This document shows positions 36,001 through 48,000 of a DNA stretch of 64,000 nucleotides, piece by piece. The stretch is taken from the NCBI GenBank assembly GCA_000004985.1, contig GG738887.1; one strand, 5' to 3'. The stretch comes from Naegleria gruberi. Its lineage: Eukaryota. Position 1 is the first letter of the stretch; each line of letters opens with the position of its first letter. The notes beneath the pieces are model-generated. The model was not told where the DNA came from and did not search any database. It saw only the letters and a program-made list of their open reading frames with translations. A program made the translations under genes and the position numbers.

Positions 36001-39000
36001 NNNNNNNNNNNNNNNNNNNNNNNNNNNNNNNNNNNNNNNNNNNNNNNNNNNNNNNNNNNNNNNNNNNNNNNNNNNNNNNNNNNNNNNNNNNNNNNNNNNN
36101 NNNNNNNNNNNNNNNNNNNNNNNNNNNNNNNNNNNNNNNNNNNNNNNNNNNNNNNNNNNNNNNNNNNNNNNNNNNNNNNNNNNNNNNNNNNNNNNNNNNN
36201 NNNNNNNNNNNNNNNNNNNNNNNNNNNNNNNNNNNNNNNNNNNNNNNNNNNNNNNNNNNNNNNNNNNNNNNNNNNNNNNNNNNNNNNNNNNNNNNNNNNN
36301 NNNNNNNNNNNNNNNNNNNNNNNNNNNNNNNNNNNNNNNNNNNNNNNNNNNNNNNNNNNNNNNNNNNNNNNNNNNNNNNNNNNNNNNNNNNNNNNNNNNN
36401 NNNNNNNNNNNNNNNNNNNNNNNNNNNNNNNNNNNNNNNNNNNNNNNNNNNNNNNNNNNNNNNNNNNNNNNNNNNNNNNNNNNNNNNNNNNNNNNNNNNN
36501 NNNNNNNNNNNNNNNNNNNNNNNNNNNNNNNNNNNNNNNNNNNNNNNNNNNNNNNNNNNNNNNNNNNNNNNNNNNNNNNNNNNNNNNNNNNNNNNNNNNN
36601 NNNNNNNNNNNNNNNNNNNNNNNNNNNNNNNNNNNNNNNNNNNNNNNNNNNNNNNNNNNNNNNNNNNNNNNNNNNNNNNNNNNNNNNNNNNNNNNNNNNN
36701 NNNNNNNNNNNNNNNNNNNNNNNNNNNNNNNNNNNNNNNNNNNNNNNNNNNNNNNNNNNNNNNNNNNNNNNNNNNNNNNNNNNNNNNNNNNNNNNNNNNN
36801 NNNNNNNNNNNNNNNNNNNNNNNNNNNNNNNNNNNNNNNNNNNNNNNNNNNNNNNNNNNNNNNNNNNNNNNNNNNNNNNNNNNNNNNNNNNNNNNNNNNN
36901 NNNNNNNNNNNNNNNNNNNNNNNNNNNNNNNNNNNNNNNNNNNNNNNNNNNNNNNNNNNNNNNNNNNNNNNNNNNNNNNNNNNNNNNNNNNNNNNNNNNN
37001 NNNNNNNNNNNNNNNNNNNNNNNNNNNNNNNNNNNNNNNNNNNNNNNNNNNNNNNNNNNNNNNNNNNNNNNNNNNNNNNNNNNNNNNNNNNNNNNNNNNN
37101 NNNNNNNNNNNNNNNNNNNNNNNNNNNNNNNNNNNNNNNNNNNNNNNNNNNNNNNNNNNNNNNNNNNNNNNNNNNNNNNNNNNNNNNNNNNNNNNNNNNN
37201 NNNNNNNNNNNNNNNNNNNNNNNNNNNNNNNNNNNNNNNNNNNNNNNNNNNNNNNNNNNNNNNNNNNNNNNNNNNNNNNNNNNNNNNNNNNNNNNNNNNN
37301 NNNNNNNNNNNNNNNNNNNNNNNNNNNNNNNNNNNNNNNNNNNNNNNNNNNNNNNNNNNNNNNNNNNNNNNNNNNNNNNNNNNNNNNNNNNNNNNNNNNN
37401 NNNNNNNNNNNNNNNNNNNNNNNNNNNNNNNNNNNNNNNNNNNNNNNNNNNNNNNNNNNNNNNNNNNNNNNNNNNNNNNNNNNNNNNNNNNNNNNNNNNN
37501 NNNNNNNNNNNNNNNNNNNNNNNNNNNNNNNNNNNNNNNNNNNNNNNNNNNNNNNNNNNNNNNNNNNNNNNNNNNNNNNNNNNNNNNNNNNNNNNNNNNN
37601 NNNNNNNNNNNNNNNNNNNNNNNNNNNNNNNNNNNNNNNNNNNNNNNNNNNNNNNNNNNNNNNNNNNNNNNNNNNNNNNNNNNNNNNNNNNNNNNNNNNN
37701 NNNNNNNNNNNNNNNNNNNNNNNNNNNNNNNNNNNNNNNNNNNNNNNNNNNNNNNNNNNNNNNNNNNNNNNNNNNNNNNNNNNNNNNNNNNNNNNNNNNN
37801 NNNNNNNNNNNNNNNNNNNNNNNNNNNNNNNNNNNNNNNNNNNNNNNNNNNNNNNNNNNNNNNNNNNNNNNNNNNNNNNNNNNNNNNNNNNNNNNNNNNN
37901 NNNNNNNNNNNNNNNNNNNNNNNNNNNNNNNNNNNNNNNNNNNNNNNNNNNNNNNNNNNNNNNNNNNNNNNNNNNNNNNNNNNNNNNNNNNNNNNNNNNN
38001 NNNNNNNNNNNNNNNNNNNNNNNNNNNNNNNNNNNNNNNNNNNNNNNNNNNNNNNNNNNNNNNNNNNNNNNNNNNNNNNNNNNNNNNNNNNNNNNNNNNN
38101 NNNNNNNNNNNNNNNNNNNNNNNNNNNNNNNNNNNNNNNNNNNNNNNNNNNNNNNNNNNNNNNNNNNNNNNNNNNNNNNNNNNNNNNNNNNNNNNNNNNN
38201 NNNNNNNNNNNNNNNNNNNNNNNNNNNNNNNNNNNNNNNNNNNNNNNNNNNNNNNNNNNNNNNNNNNNNNNNNNNNNNNNNNNNNNNNNNNNNNNNNNNN
38301 NNNNNNNNNNNNNNNNNNNNNNNNNNNNNNNNNNNNNNNNNNNNNNNNNNNNNNNNNNNNNNNNNNNNNNNNNNNNNNNNNNNNNNNNNNNNNNNNNNNN
38401 NNNNNNNNNNNNNNNNNNNNNNNNNNNNNNNNNNNNNNNNNNNNNNNNNNNNNNNNNNNNNNNNNNNNNNNNNNNNNNNNNNNNNNNNNNNNNNNNNNNN
38501 NNNNNNNNNNNNNNNNNNNNNNNNNNNNNNNNNNNNNNNNNNNNNNNNNNNNNNNNNNNNNNNNNNNNNNNNNNNNNNNNNNNNNNNNNNNNNNNNNNNN
38601 NNNNNNNNNNNNNNNNNNNNNNNNNNNNNNNNNNNNNNNNNNNNNNNNNNNNNNNNNNNNNNNNNNNNNNNNNNNNNNNNNNNNNNNNNNNNNNNNNNNN
38701 NNNNNNNNNNNNNNNNNNNNNNNNNNNNNNNNNNNNNNNNNNNNNNNNNNNNNNNNNNNNNNNNNNNNNNNNNNNNNNNNNNNNNNNNNNNNNNNNNNNN
38801 NNNNNNNNNNNNNNNNNNNNNNNNNNNNNNNNNNNNNNNNNNNNNNNNNNNNNNNNNNNNNNNNNNNNNNNNNNNNNNNNNNNNNNNNNNNNNNNNNNNN
38901 NNNNNNNNNNNNNNNNNNNNNNNNNNNNNNNNNNNNNNNNNNNNNNNNNNNNNNNNNNNNNNNNNNNNNNNNNNNNNNNNNNNNNNNNNNNNNNNNNNNN

Positions 39001-42000
39001 NNNNNNNNNNNNNNNNNNNNNNNNNNNNNNNNNNNNNNNNNNNNNNNNNNNNNNNNNNNNNNNNNNNNNNNNNNNNNNNNNNNNNNNNNNNNNNNNNNNN
39101 NNNNNNNNNNNNNNNNNNNNNNNNNNNNNNNNNNNNNNNNNNNNNNNNNNNNNNNNNNNNNNNNNNNNNNNNNNNNNNNNNNNNNNNNNNNNNNNNNNNN
39201 NNNNNNNNNNNNNNNNNNNNNNNNNNNNNNNNNNNNNNNNNNNNNNNNNNNNNNNNNNNNNNNNNNNNNNNNNNNNNNNNNNNNNNNNNNNNNNNNNNNN
39301 NNNNNNNNNNNNNNNNNNNNNNNNNNNNNNNNNNNNNNNNNNNNNNNNNNNNNNNNNNNNNNNNNNNNNNNNNNNNNNNNNNNNNNNNNNNNNNNNNNNN
39401 NNNNNNNNNNNNNNNNNNNNNNNNNNNNNNNNNNNNNNNNNNNNNNNNNNNNNNNNNNNNNNNNNNNNNNNNNNNNNNNNNNNNNNNNNNNNNNNNNNNN
39501 NNNNNNNNNNNNNNNNNNNNNNNNNNNNNNNNNNNNNNNNNNNNNNNNNNNNNNNNNNNNNNNNNNNNNNNNNNNNNNNNNNNNNNNNNNNNNNNNNNNN
39601 NNNNNNNNNNNNNNNNNNNNNNNNNNNNNNNNNNNNNNNNNNNNNNNNNNNNNNNNNNNNNNNNNNNNNNNNNNNNNNNNNNNNNNNNNNNNNNNNNNNN
39701 NNNNNNNNNNNNNNNNNNNNNNNNNNNNNNNNNNNNNNNNNNNNNNNNNNNNNNNNNNNNNNNNNNNNNNNNNNNNNNNNNNNNNNNNNNNNNNNNNNNN
39801 NNNNNNNNNNNNNNNNNNNNNNNNNNNNNNNNNNNNNNNNNNNNNNNNNNNNNNNNNNNNNNNNNNNNNNNNNNNNNNNNNNNNNNNNNNNNNNNNNNNN
39901 NNNNNNNNNNNNNNNNNNNNNNNNNNNNNNNNNNNNNNNNNNNNNNNNNNNNNNNNNNNNNNNNNNNNNNNNNNNNNNNNNNNNNNNNNNNNNNNNNNNN
40001 NNNNNNNNNNNNNNNNNNNNNNNNNNNNNNNNNNNNNNNNNNNNNNNNNNNNNNNNNNNNNNNNNNNNNNNNNNNNNNNNNNNNNNNNNNNNNNNNNNNN
40101 NNNNNNNNNNNNNNNNNNNNNNNNNNNNNNNNNNNNNNNNNNNNNNNNNNNNNNNNNNNNNNNNNNNNNNNNNNNNNNNNNNNNNNNNNNNNNNNNNNNN
40201 NNNNNNNNNNNNNNNNNNNNNNNNNNNNNNNNNNNNNNNNNNNNNNNNNNNNNNNNNNNNNNNNNNNNNNNNNNNNNNNNNNNNNNNNNNNNNNNNNNNN
40301 NNNNNNNNNNNNNNNNNNNNNNNNNNNNNNNNNNNNNNNNNNNNNNNNNNNNNNNNNNNNNNNNNNNNNNNNNNNNNNNNNNNNNNNNNNNNNNNNNNNN
40401 NNNNNNNNNNNNNNNNNNNNNNNNNNNNNNNNNNNNNNNNNNNNNNNNNNNNNNNNNNNNNNNNNNNNNNNNNNNNNNNNNNNNNNNNNNNNNNNNNNNN
40501 NNNNNNNNNNNNNNNNNNNNNNNNNNNNNNNNNNNNNNNNNNNNNNNNNNNNNNNNNNNNNNNNNNNNNNNNNNNNNNNNNNNNNNNNNNNNNNNNNNNN
40601 NNNNNNNNNNNNNNNNNNNNNNNNNNNNNNNNNNNNNNNNNNNNNNNNNNNNNNNNNNNNNNNNNNNNNNNNNNNNNNNNNNNNNNNNNNNNNNNNNNNN
40701 NNNNNNNNNNNNNNNNNNNNNNNNNNNNNNNNNNNNNNNNNNNNNNNNNNNNNNNNNNNNNNNNNNNNNNNNNNNNNNNNNNNNNNNNNNNNNNNNNNNN
40801 NNNNNNNNNNNNNNNNNNNNNNNNNNNNNNNNNNNNNNNNNNNNNNNNNNNNNNNNNNNNNNNNNNNNNNNNNNNNNNNNNNNNNNNNNNNNNNNNNNNN
40901 NNNNNNNNNNNNNNNNNNNNNNNNNNNNNNNNNNNNNNNNNNNNNNNNNNNNNNNNNNNNNNNNNNNNNNNNNNNNNNNNNNNNNNNNNNNNNNNNNNNN
41001 NNNNNNNNNNNNNNNNNNNNNNNNNNNNNNNNNNNNNNNNNNNNNNNNNNNNNNNNNNNNNNNNNNNNNNNNNNNNNNNNNNNNNNNNNNNNNNNNNNNN
41101 NNNNNNNNNNNNNNNNNNNNNNNNNNNNNNNNNNNNNNNNNNNNNNNNNNNNNNNNNNNNNNNNNNNNNNNNNNNNNNNNNNNNNNNNNNNNNNNNNNNN
41201 NNNNNNNNNNNNNNNNNNNNNNNNNNNNNNNNNNNNNNNNNNNNNNNNNNNNNNNNNNNNNNNNNNNNNNNNNNNNNNNNNNNNNNNNNNNNNNNNNNNN
41301 NNNNNNNNNNNNNNNNNNNNNNNNNNNNNNNNNNNNNNNNNNNNNNNNNNNNNNNNNNNNNNNNNNNNNNNNNNNNNNNNNNNNNNNNNNNNNNNNNNNN
41401 NNNNNNNNNNNNNNNNNNNNNNNNNNNNNNNNNNNNNNNNNNNNNNNNNNNNNNNNNNNNNNNNNNNNNNNNNNNNNNNNNNNNNNNNNNNNNNNNNNNN
41501 NNNNNNNNNNNNNNNNNNNNNNNNNNNNNNNNNNNNNNNNNNNNNNNNNNNNNNNNNNNNNNNNNNNNNNNNNNNNNNNNNNNNNNNNNNNNNNNNNNNN
41601 NNNNNNNNNNNNNNNNNNNNNNNNNNNNNNNNNNNNNNNNNNNNNNNNNNNNNNNNNNNNNNNNNNNNNNNNNNNNNNNNNNNNNNNNNNNNNNNNNNNN
41701 NNNNNNNNNNNNNNNNNNNNNNNNNNNNNNNNNNNNNNNNNNNNNNNNNNNNNNNNNNNNNNNNNNNNNNNNNNNNNNNNNNNNNNNNNNNNNNNNNNNN
41801 NNNNNNNNNNNNNNNNNNNNNNNNNNNNNNNNNNNNNNNNNNNNNNNNNNNNNNNNNNNNNNNNNNNNNNNNNNNNNNNNNNNNNNNNNNNNNNNNNNNN
41901 NNNNNNNNNNNNNNNNNNNNNNNNNNNNNNNNNNNNNNNNNNNNNNNNNNNNNNNNNNNNNNNNNNNNNNNNNNNNNNNNNNNNNNNNNNNNNNNNNNNN

Positions 42001-45000
42001 NNNNNNNNNNNNNNNNNNNNNNNNNNNNNNNNNNNNNNNNNNNNNNNNNNNNNNNNNNNNNNNNNNNNNNNNNNNNNNNNNNNNNNNNNNNNNNNNNNNN
42101 NNNNNNNNNNNNNNNNNNNNNNNNNNNNNNNNNNNNNNNNNNNNNNNNNNNNNNNNNNNNNNNNNNNNNNNNNNNNNNNNNNNNNNNNNNNNNNNNNNNN
42201 NNNNNNNNNNNNNNNNNNNNNNNNNNNNNNNNNNNNNNNNNNNNNNNNNNNNNNNNNNNNNNNNNNNNNNNNNNNNNNNNNNNNNNNNNNNNNNNNNNNN
42301 NNNNNNNNNNNNNNNNNNNNNNNNNNNNNNNNNNNNNNNNNNNNNNNNNNNNNNNNNNNNNNNNNNNNNNNNNNNNNNNNNNNNNNNNNNNNNNNNNNNN
42401 NNNNNNNNNNNNNNNNNNNNNNNNNNNNNNNNNNNNNNNNNNNNNNNNNNNNNNNNNNNNNNNNNNNNNNNNNNNNNNNNNNNNNNNNNNNNNNNNNNNN
42501 NNNNNNNNNNNNNNNNNNNNNNNNNNNNNNNNNNNNNNNNNNNNNNNNNNNNNNNNNNNNNNNNNNNNNNNNNNNNNNNNNNNNNNNNNNNNNNNNNNNN
42601 NNNNNNNNNNNNNNNNNNNNNNNNNNNNNNNNNNNNNNNNNNNNNNNNNNNNNNNNNNNNNNNNNNNNNNNNNNNNNNNNNNNNNNNNNNNNNNNNNNNN
42701 NNNNNNNNNNNNNNNNNNNNNNNNNNNNNNNNNNNNNNNNNNNNNNNNNNNNNNNNNNNNNNNNNNNNNNNNNNNNNNNNNNNNNNNNNNNNNNNNNNNN
42801 NNNNNNNNNNNNNNNNNNNNNNNNNNNNNNNNNNNNNNNNNNNNNNNNNNNNNNNNNNNNNNNNNNNNNNNNNNNNNNNNNNNNNNNNNNNNNNNNNNNN
42901 NNNNNNNNNNNNNNNNNNNNNNNNNNNNNNNNNNNNNNNNNNNNNNNNNNNNNNNNNNNNNNNNNNNNNNNNNNNNNNNNNNNNNNNNNNNNNNNNNNNN
43001 NNNNNNNNNNNNNNNNNNNNNNNNNNNNNNNNNNNNNNNNNNNNNNNNNNNNNNNNNNNNNNNNNNNNNNNNNNNNNNNNNNNNNNNNNNNNNNNNNNNN
43101 NNNNNNNNNNNNNNNNNNNNNNNNNNNNNNNNNNNNNNNNNNNNNNNNNNNNNNNNNNNNNNNNNNNNNNNNNNNNNNNNNNNNNNNNNNNNNNNNNNNN
43201 NNNNNNNNNNNNNNNNNNNNNNNNNNNNNNNNNNNNNNNNNNNNNNNNNNNNNNNNNNNNNNNNNNNNNNNNNNNNNNNNNNNNNNNNNNNNNNNNNNNN
43301 NNNNNNNNNNNNNNNNNNNNNNNNNNNNNNNNNNNNNNNNNNNNNNNNNNNNNNNNNNNNNNNNNNNNNNNNNNNNNNNNNNNNNNNNNNNNNNNNNNNN
43401 NNNNNNNNNNNNNNNNNNNNNNNNNNNNNNNNNNNNNNNNNNNNNNNNNNNNNNNNNNNNNNNNNNNNNNNNNNNNNNNNNNNNNNNNNNNNNNNNNNNN
43501 NNNNNNNNNNNNNNNNNNNNNNNNNNNNNNNNNNNNNNNNNNNNNNNNNNNNNNNNNNNNNNNNNNNNNNNNNNNNNNNNNNNNNNNNNNNNNNNNNNNN
43601 NNNNNNNNNNNNNNNNNNNNNNNNNNNNNNNNNNNNNNNNNNNNNNNNNNNNNNNNNNNNNNNNNNNNNNNNNNNNNNNNNNNNNNNNNNNNNNNNNNNN
43701 NNNNNNNNNNNNNNNNNNNNNNNNNNNNNNNNNNNNNNNNNNNNNNNNNNNNNNNNNNNNNNNNNNNNNNNNNNNNNNNNNNNNNNNNNNNNNNNNNNNN
43801 NNNNNNNNNNNNNNNNNNNNNNNNNNNNNNNNNNNNNNNNNNNNNNNNNNNNNNNNNNNNNNNNNNNNNNNNNNNNNNNNNNNNNNNNNNNNNNNNNNNN
43901 NNNNNNNNNNNNNNNNNNNNNNNNNNNNNNNNNNNNNNNNNNNNNNNNNNNNNNNNNNNNNNNNNNNNNNNNNNNNNNNNNNNNNNNNNNNNNNNNNNNN
44001 NNNNNNNNNNNNNNNNNNNNNNNNNNNNNNNNNNNNNNNNNNNNNNNNNNNNNNNNNNNNNNNNNNNNNNNNNNNNNNNNNNNNNNNNNNNNNNNNNNNN
44101 NNNNNNNNNNNNNNNNNNNNNNNNNNNNNNNNNNNNNNNNNNNNNNNNNNNNNNNNNNNNNNNNNNNNNNNNNNNNNNNNNNNNNNNNNNNNNNNNNNNN
44201 NNNNNNNNNNNNNNNNNNNNNNNNNNNNNNNNNNNNNNNNNNNNNNNNNNNNNNNNNNNNNNNNNNNNNNNNNNNNNNNNNNNNNNNNNNNNNNNNNNNN
44301 NNNNNNNNNNNNNNNNNNNNNNNNNNNNNNNNNNNNNNNNNNNNNNNNNNNNNNNNNNNNNNNNNNNNNNNNNNNNNNNNNNNNNNNNNNNNNNNNNNNN
44401 NNNNNNNNNNNNNNNNNNNNNNNNNNNNNNNNNNNNNNNNNNNNNNNNNNNNNNNNNNNNNNNNNNNNNNNNNNNNNNNNNNNNNNNNNNNNNNNNNNNN
44501 NNNNNNNNNNNNNNNNNNNNNNNNNNNNNNNNNNNNNNNNNNNNNNNNNNNNNNNNNNNNNNNNNNNNNNNNNNNNNNNNNNNNNNNNNNNNNNNNNNNN
44601 NNNNNNNNNNNNNNNNNNNNNNNNNNNNNNNNNNNNNNNNNNNNNNNNNNNNNNNNNNNNNNNNNNNNNNNNNNNNNNNNNNNNNNNNNNNNNNNNNNNN
44701 NNNNNNNNNNNNNNNNNNNNNNNNNNNNNNNNNNNNNNNNNNNNNNNNNNNNNNNNNNNNNNNNNNNNNNNNNNNNNNNNNNNNNNNNNNNNNNNNNNNN
44801 NNNNNNNNNNNNNNNNNNNNNNNNNNNNNNNNNNNNNNNNNNNNNNNNNNNNNNNNNNNNNNNNNNNNNNNNNNNNNNNNNNNNNNNNNNNNNNNNNNNN
44901 NNNNNNNNNNNNNNNNNNNNNNNNNNNNNNNNNNNNNNNNNNNNNNNNNNNNNNNNNNNNNNNNNNNNNNNNNNNNNNNNNNNNNNNNNNNNNNNNNNNN

Positions 45001-48000
45001 NNNNNNNNNNNNNNNNNNNNNNNNNNNNNNNNNNNNNNNNNNNNNNNNNNNNNNNNNNNNNNNNNNNNNNNNNNNNNNNNNNNNNNNNNNNNNNNNNNNN
45101 NNNNNNNNNNNNNNNNNNNNNNNNNNNNNNNNNNNNNNNNNNNNNNNNNNNNNNNNNNNNNNNNNNNNNNNNNNNNNNNNNNNNNNNNNNNNNNNNNNNN
45201 NNNNNNNNNNNNNNNNNNNNNNNNNNNNNNNNNNNNNNNNNNNNNNNNNNNNNNNNNNNNNNNNNNNNNNNNNNNNNNNNNNNNNNNNNNNNNNNNNNNN
45301 NNNNNNNNNNNNNNNNNNNNNNNNNNNNNNNNNNNNNNNNNNNNNNNNNNNNNNNNNNNNNNNNNNNNNNNNNNNNNNNNNNNNNNNNNNNNNNNNNNNN
45401 NNNNNNNNNNNNNNNNNNNNNNNNNNNNNNNNNNNNNNNNNNNNNNNNNNNNNNNNNNNNNNNNNNNNNNNNNNNNNNNNNNNNNNNNNNNNNNNNNNNN
45501 NNNNNNNNNNNNNNNNNNNNNNNNNNNNNNNNNNNNNNNNNNNNNNNNNNNNNNNNNNNNNNNNNNNNNNNNNNNNNNNNNNNNNNNNNNNNNNNNNNNN
45601 NNNNNNNNNNNNNNNNNNNNNNNNNNNNNNNNNNNNNNNNNNNNNNNNNNNNNNNNNNNNNNNNNNNNNNNNNNNNNNNNNNNNNNNNNNNNNNNNNNNN
45701 NNNNNNNNNNNNNNNNNNNNNNNNNNNNNNNNNNNNNNNNNNNNNNNNNNNNNNNNNNNNNNNNNNNNNNNNNNNNNNNNNNNNNNNNNNNNNNNNNNNN
45801 NNNNNNNNNNNNNNNNNNNNNNNNNNNNNNNNNNNNNNNNNNNNNNNNNNNNNNNNNNNNNNNNNNNNNNNNNNNNNNNNNNNNNNNNNNNNNNNNNNNN
45901 NNNNNNNNNNNNNNNNNNNNNNNNNNNNNNNNNNNNNNNNNNNNNNNNNNNNNNNNNNNNNNNNNNNNNNNNNNNNNNNNNNNNNNNNNNNNNNNNNNNN
46001 NNNNNNNNNNNNNNNNNNNNNNNNNNNNNNNNNNNNNNNNNNNNNNNNNNNNNNNNNNNNNNNNNNNNNNNNNNNNNNNNNNNNNNNNNNNNNNNNNNNN
46101 NNNNNNNNNNNNNNNNNNNNNNNNNNNNNNNNNNNNNNNNNNNNNNNNNNNNNNNNNNNNNNNNNNNNNNNNNNNNNNNNNNNNNNNNNNNNNNNNNNNN
46201 NNNNNNNNNNNNNNNNNNNNNNNNNNNNNNNNNNNNNNNNNNNNNNNNNNNNNNNNNNNNNNNNNNNNNNNNNNNNNNNNNNNNNNNNNNNNNNNNNNNN
46301 NNNNNNNNNNNNNNNNNNNNNNNNNNNNNNNNNNNNNNNNNNNNNNNNNNNNNNNNNNNNNNNNNNNNNNNNNNNNNNNNNNNNNNNNNNNNNNNNNNNN
46401 NNNNNNNNNNNNNNNNNNNNNNNNNNNNNNNNNNNNNNNNNNNNNNNNNNNNNNNNNNNNNNNNNNNNNNNNNNNNNNNNNNNNNNNNNNNNNNNNNNNN
46501 NNNNNNNNNNNNNNNNNNNNNNNNNNNNNNNNNNNNNNNNNNNNNNNNNNNNNNNNNNNNNNNNNNNNNNNNNNNNNNNNNNNNNNNNNNNNNNNNNNNN
46601 NNNNNNNNNNNNNNNNNNNNNNNNNNNNNNNNNNNNNNNNNNNNNNNNNNNNNNNNNNNNNNNNNNNNNNNNNNNNNNNNNNNNNNNNNNNNNNNNNNNN
46701 NNNNNNNNNNNNNNNNNNNNNNNNNNNNNNNNNNNNNNNNNNNNNNNNNNNNNNNNNNNNNNNNNNNNNNNNNNNNNNNNNNNNNNNNNNNNNNNNNNNN
46801 NNNNNNNNNNNNNNNNNNNNNNNNNNNNNNNNNNNNNNNNNNNNNNNNNNNNNNNNNNNNNNNNNNNNNNNNNNNNNNNNNNNNNNNNNNNNNNNNNNNN
46901 NNNNNNNNNNNNNNNNNNNNNNNNNNNNNNNNNNNNNNNNNNNNNNNNNNNNNNNNNNNNNNNNNNNNNNNNNNNNNNNNNNNNNNNNNNNNNNNNNNNN
47001 NNNNNNNNNNNNNNNNNNNNNNNNNNNNNNNNNNNNNNNNNNNNNNNNNNNNNNNNNNNNNNNNNNNNNNNNNNNNNNNNNNNNNNNNNNNNNNNNNNNN
47101 NNNNNNNNNNNNNNNNNNNNNNNNNNNNNNNNNNNNNNNNNNNNNNNNNNNNNNNNNNNNNNNNNNNNNNNNNNNNNNNNNNNNNNNNNNNNNNNNNNNN
47201 NNNNNNNNNNNNNNNNNNNNNNNNNNNNNNNNNNNNNNNNNNNNNNNNNNNNNNNNNNNNNNNNNNNNNNNNNNNNNNNNNNNNNNNNNNNNNNNNNNNN
47301 NNNNNNNNNNNNNNNNNNNNNNNNNNNNNNNNNNNNNNNNNNNNNNNNNNNNNNNNNNNNNNNNNNNNNNNNNNNNNNNNNNNNNNNNNNNNNNNNNNNN
47401 NNNNNNNNNNNNNNNNNNNNNNNNNNNNNNNNNNNNNNNNNNNNNNNNNNNNNNNNNNNNNNNNNNNNNNNNNNNNNNNNNNNNNNNNNNNNNNNNNNNN
47501 NNNNNNNNNNNNNNNNNNNNNNNNNNNNNNNNNNNNNNNNNNNNNNNNNNNNNNNNNNNNNNNNNNNNNNNNNNNNNNNNNNNNNNNNNNNNNNNNNNNN
47601 NNNNNNNNNNNNNNNNNNNNNNNNNNNNNNNNNNNNNNNNNNNNNNNNNNNNNNNNNNNNNNNNNNNNNNNNNNNNNNNNNNNNNNNNNNNNNNNNNNNN
47701 NNNNNNNNNNNNNNNNNNNNNNNNNNNNNNNNNNNNNNNNNNNNNNNNNNNNNNNNNNNNNNNNNNNNNNNNNNNNNNNNNNNNNNNNNNNNNNNNNNNN
47801 NNNNNNNNNNNNNNNNNNNNNNNNNNNNNNNNNNNNNNNNNNNNNNNNNNNNNNNNNNNNNNNNNNNNNNNNNNNNNNNNNNNNNNNNNNNNNNNNNNNN
47901 NNNNNNNNNNNNNNNNNNNNNNNNNNNNNNNNNNNNNNNNNNNNNNNNNNNNNNNNNNNNNNNNNNNNNNNNNNNNNNNNNNNNNNNNNNNNNNNNNNNN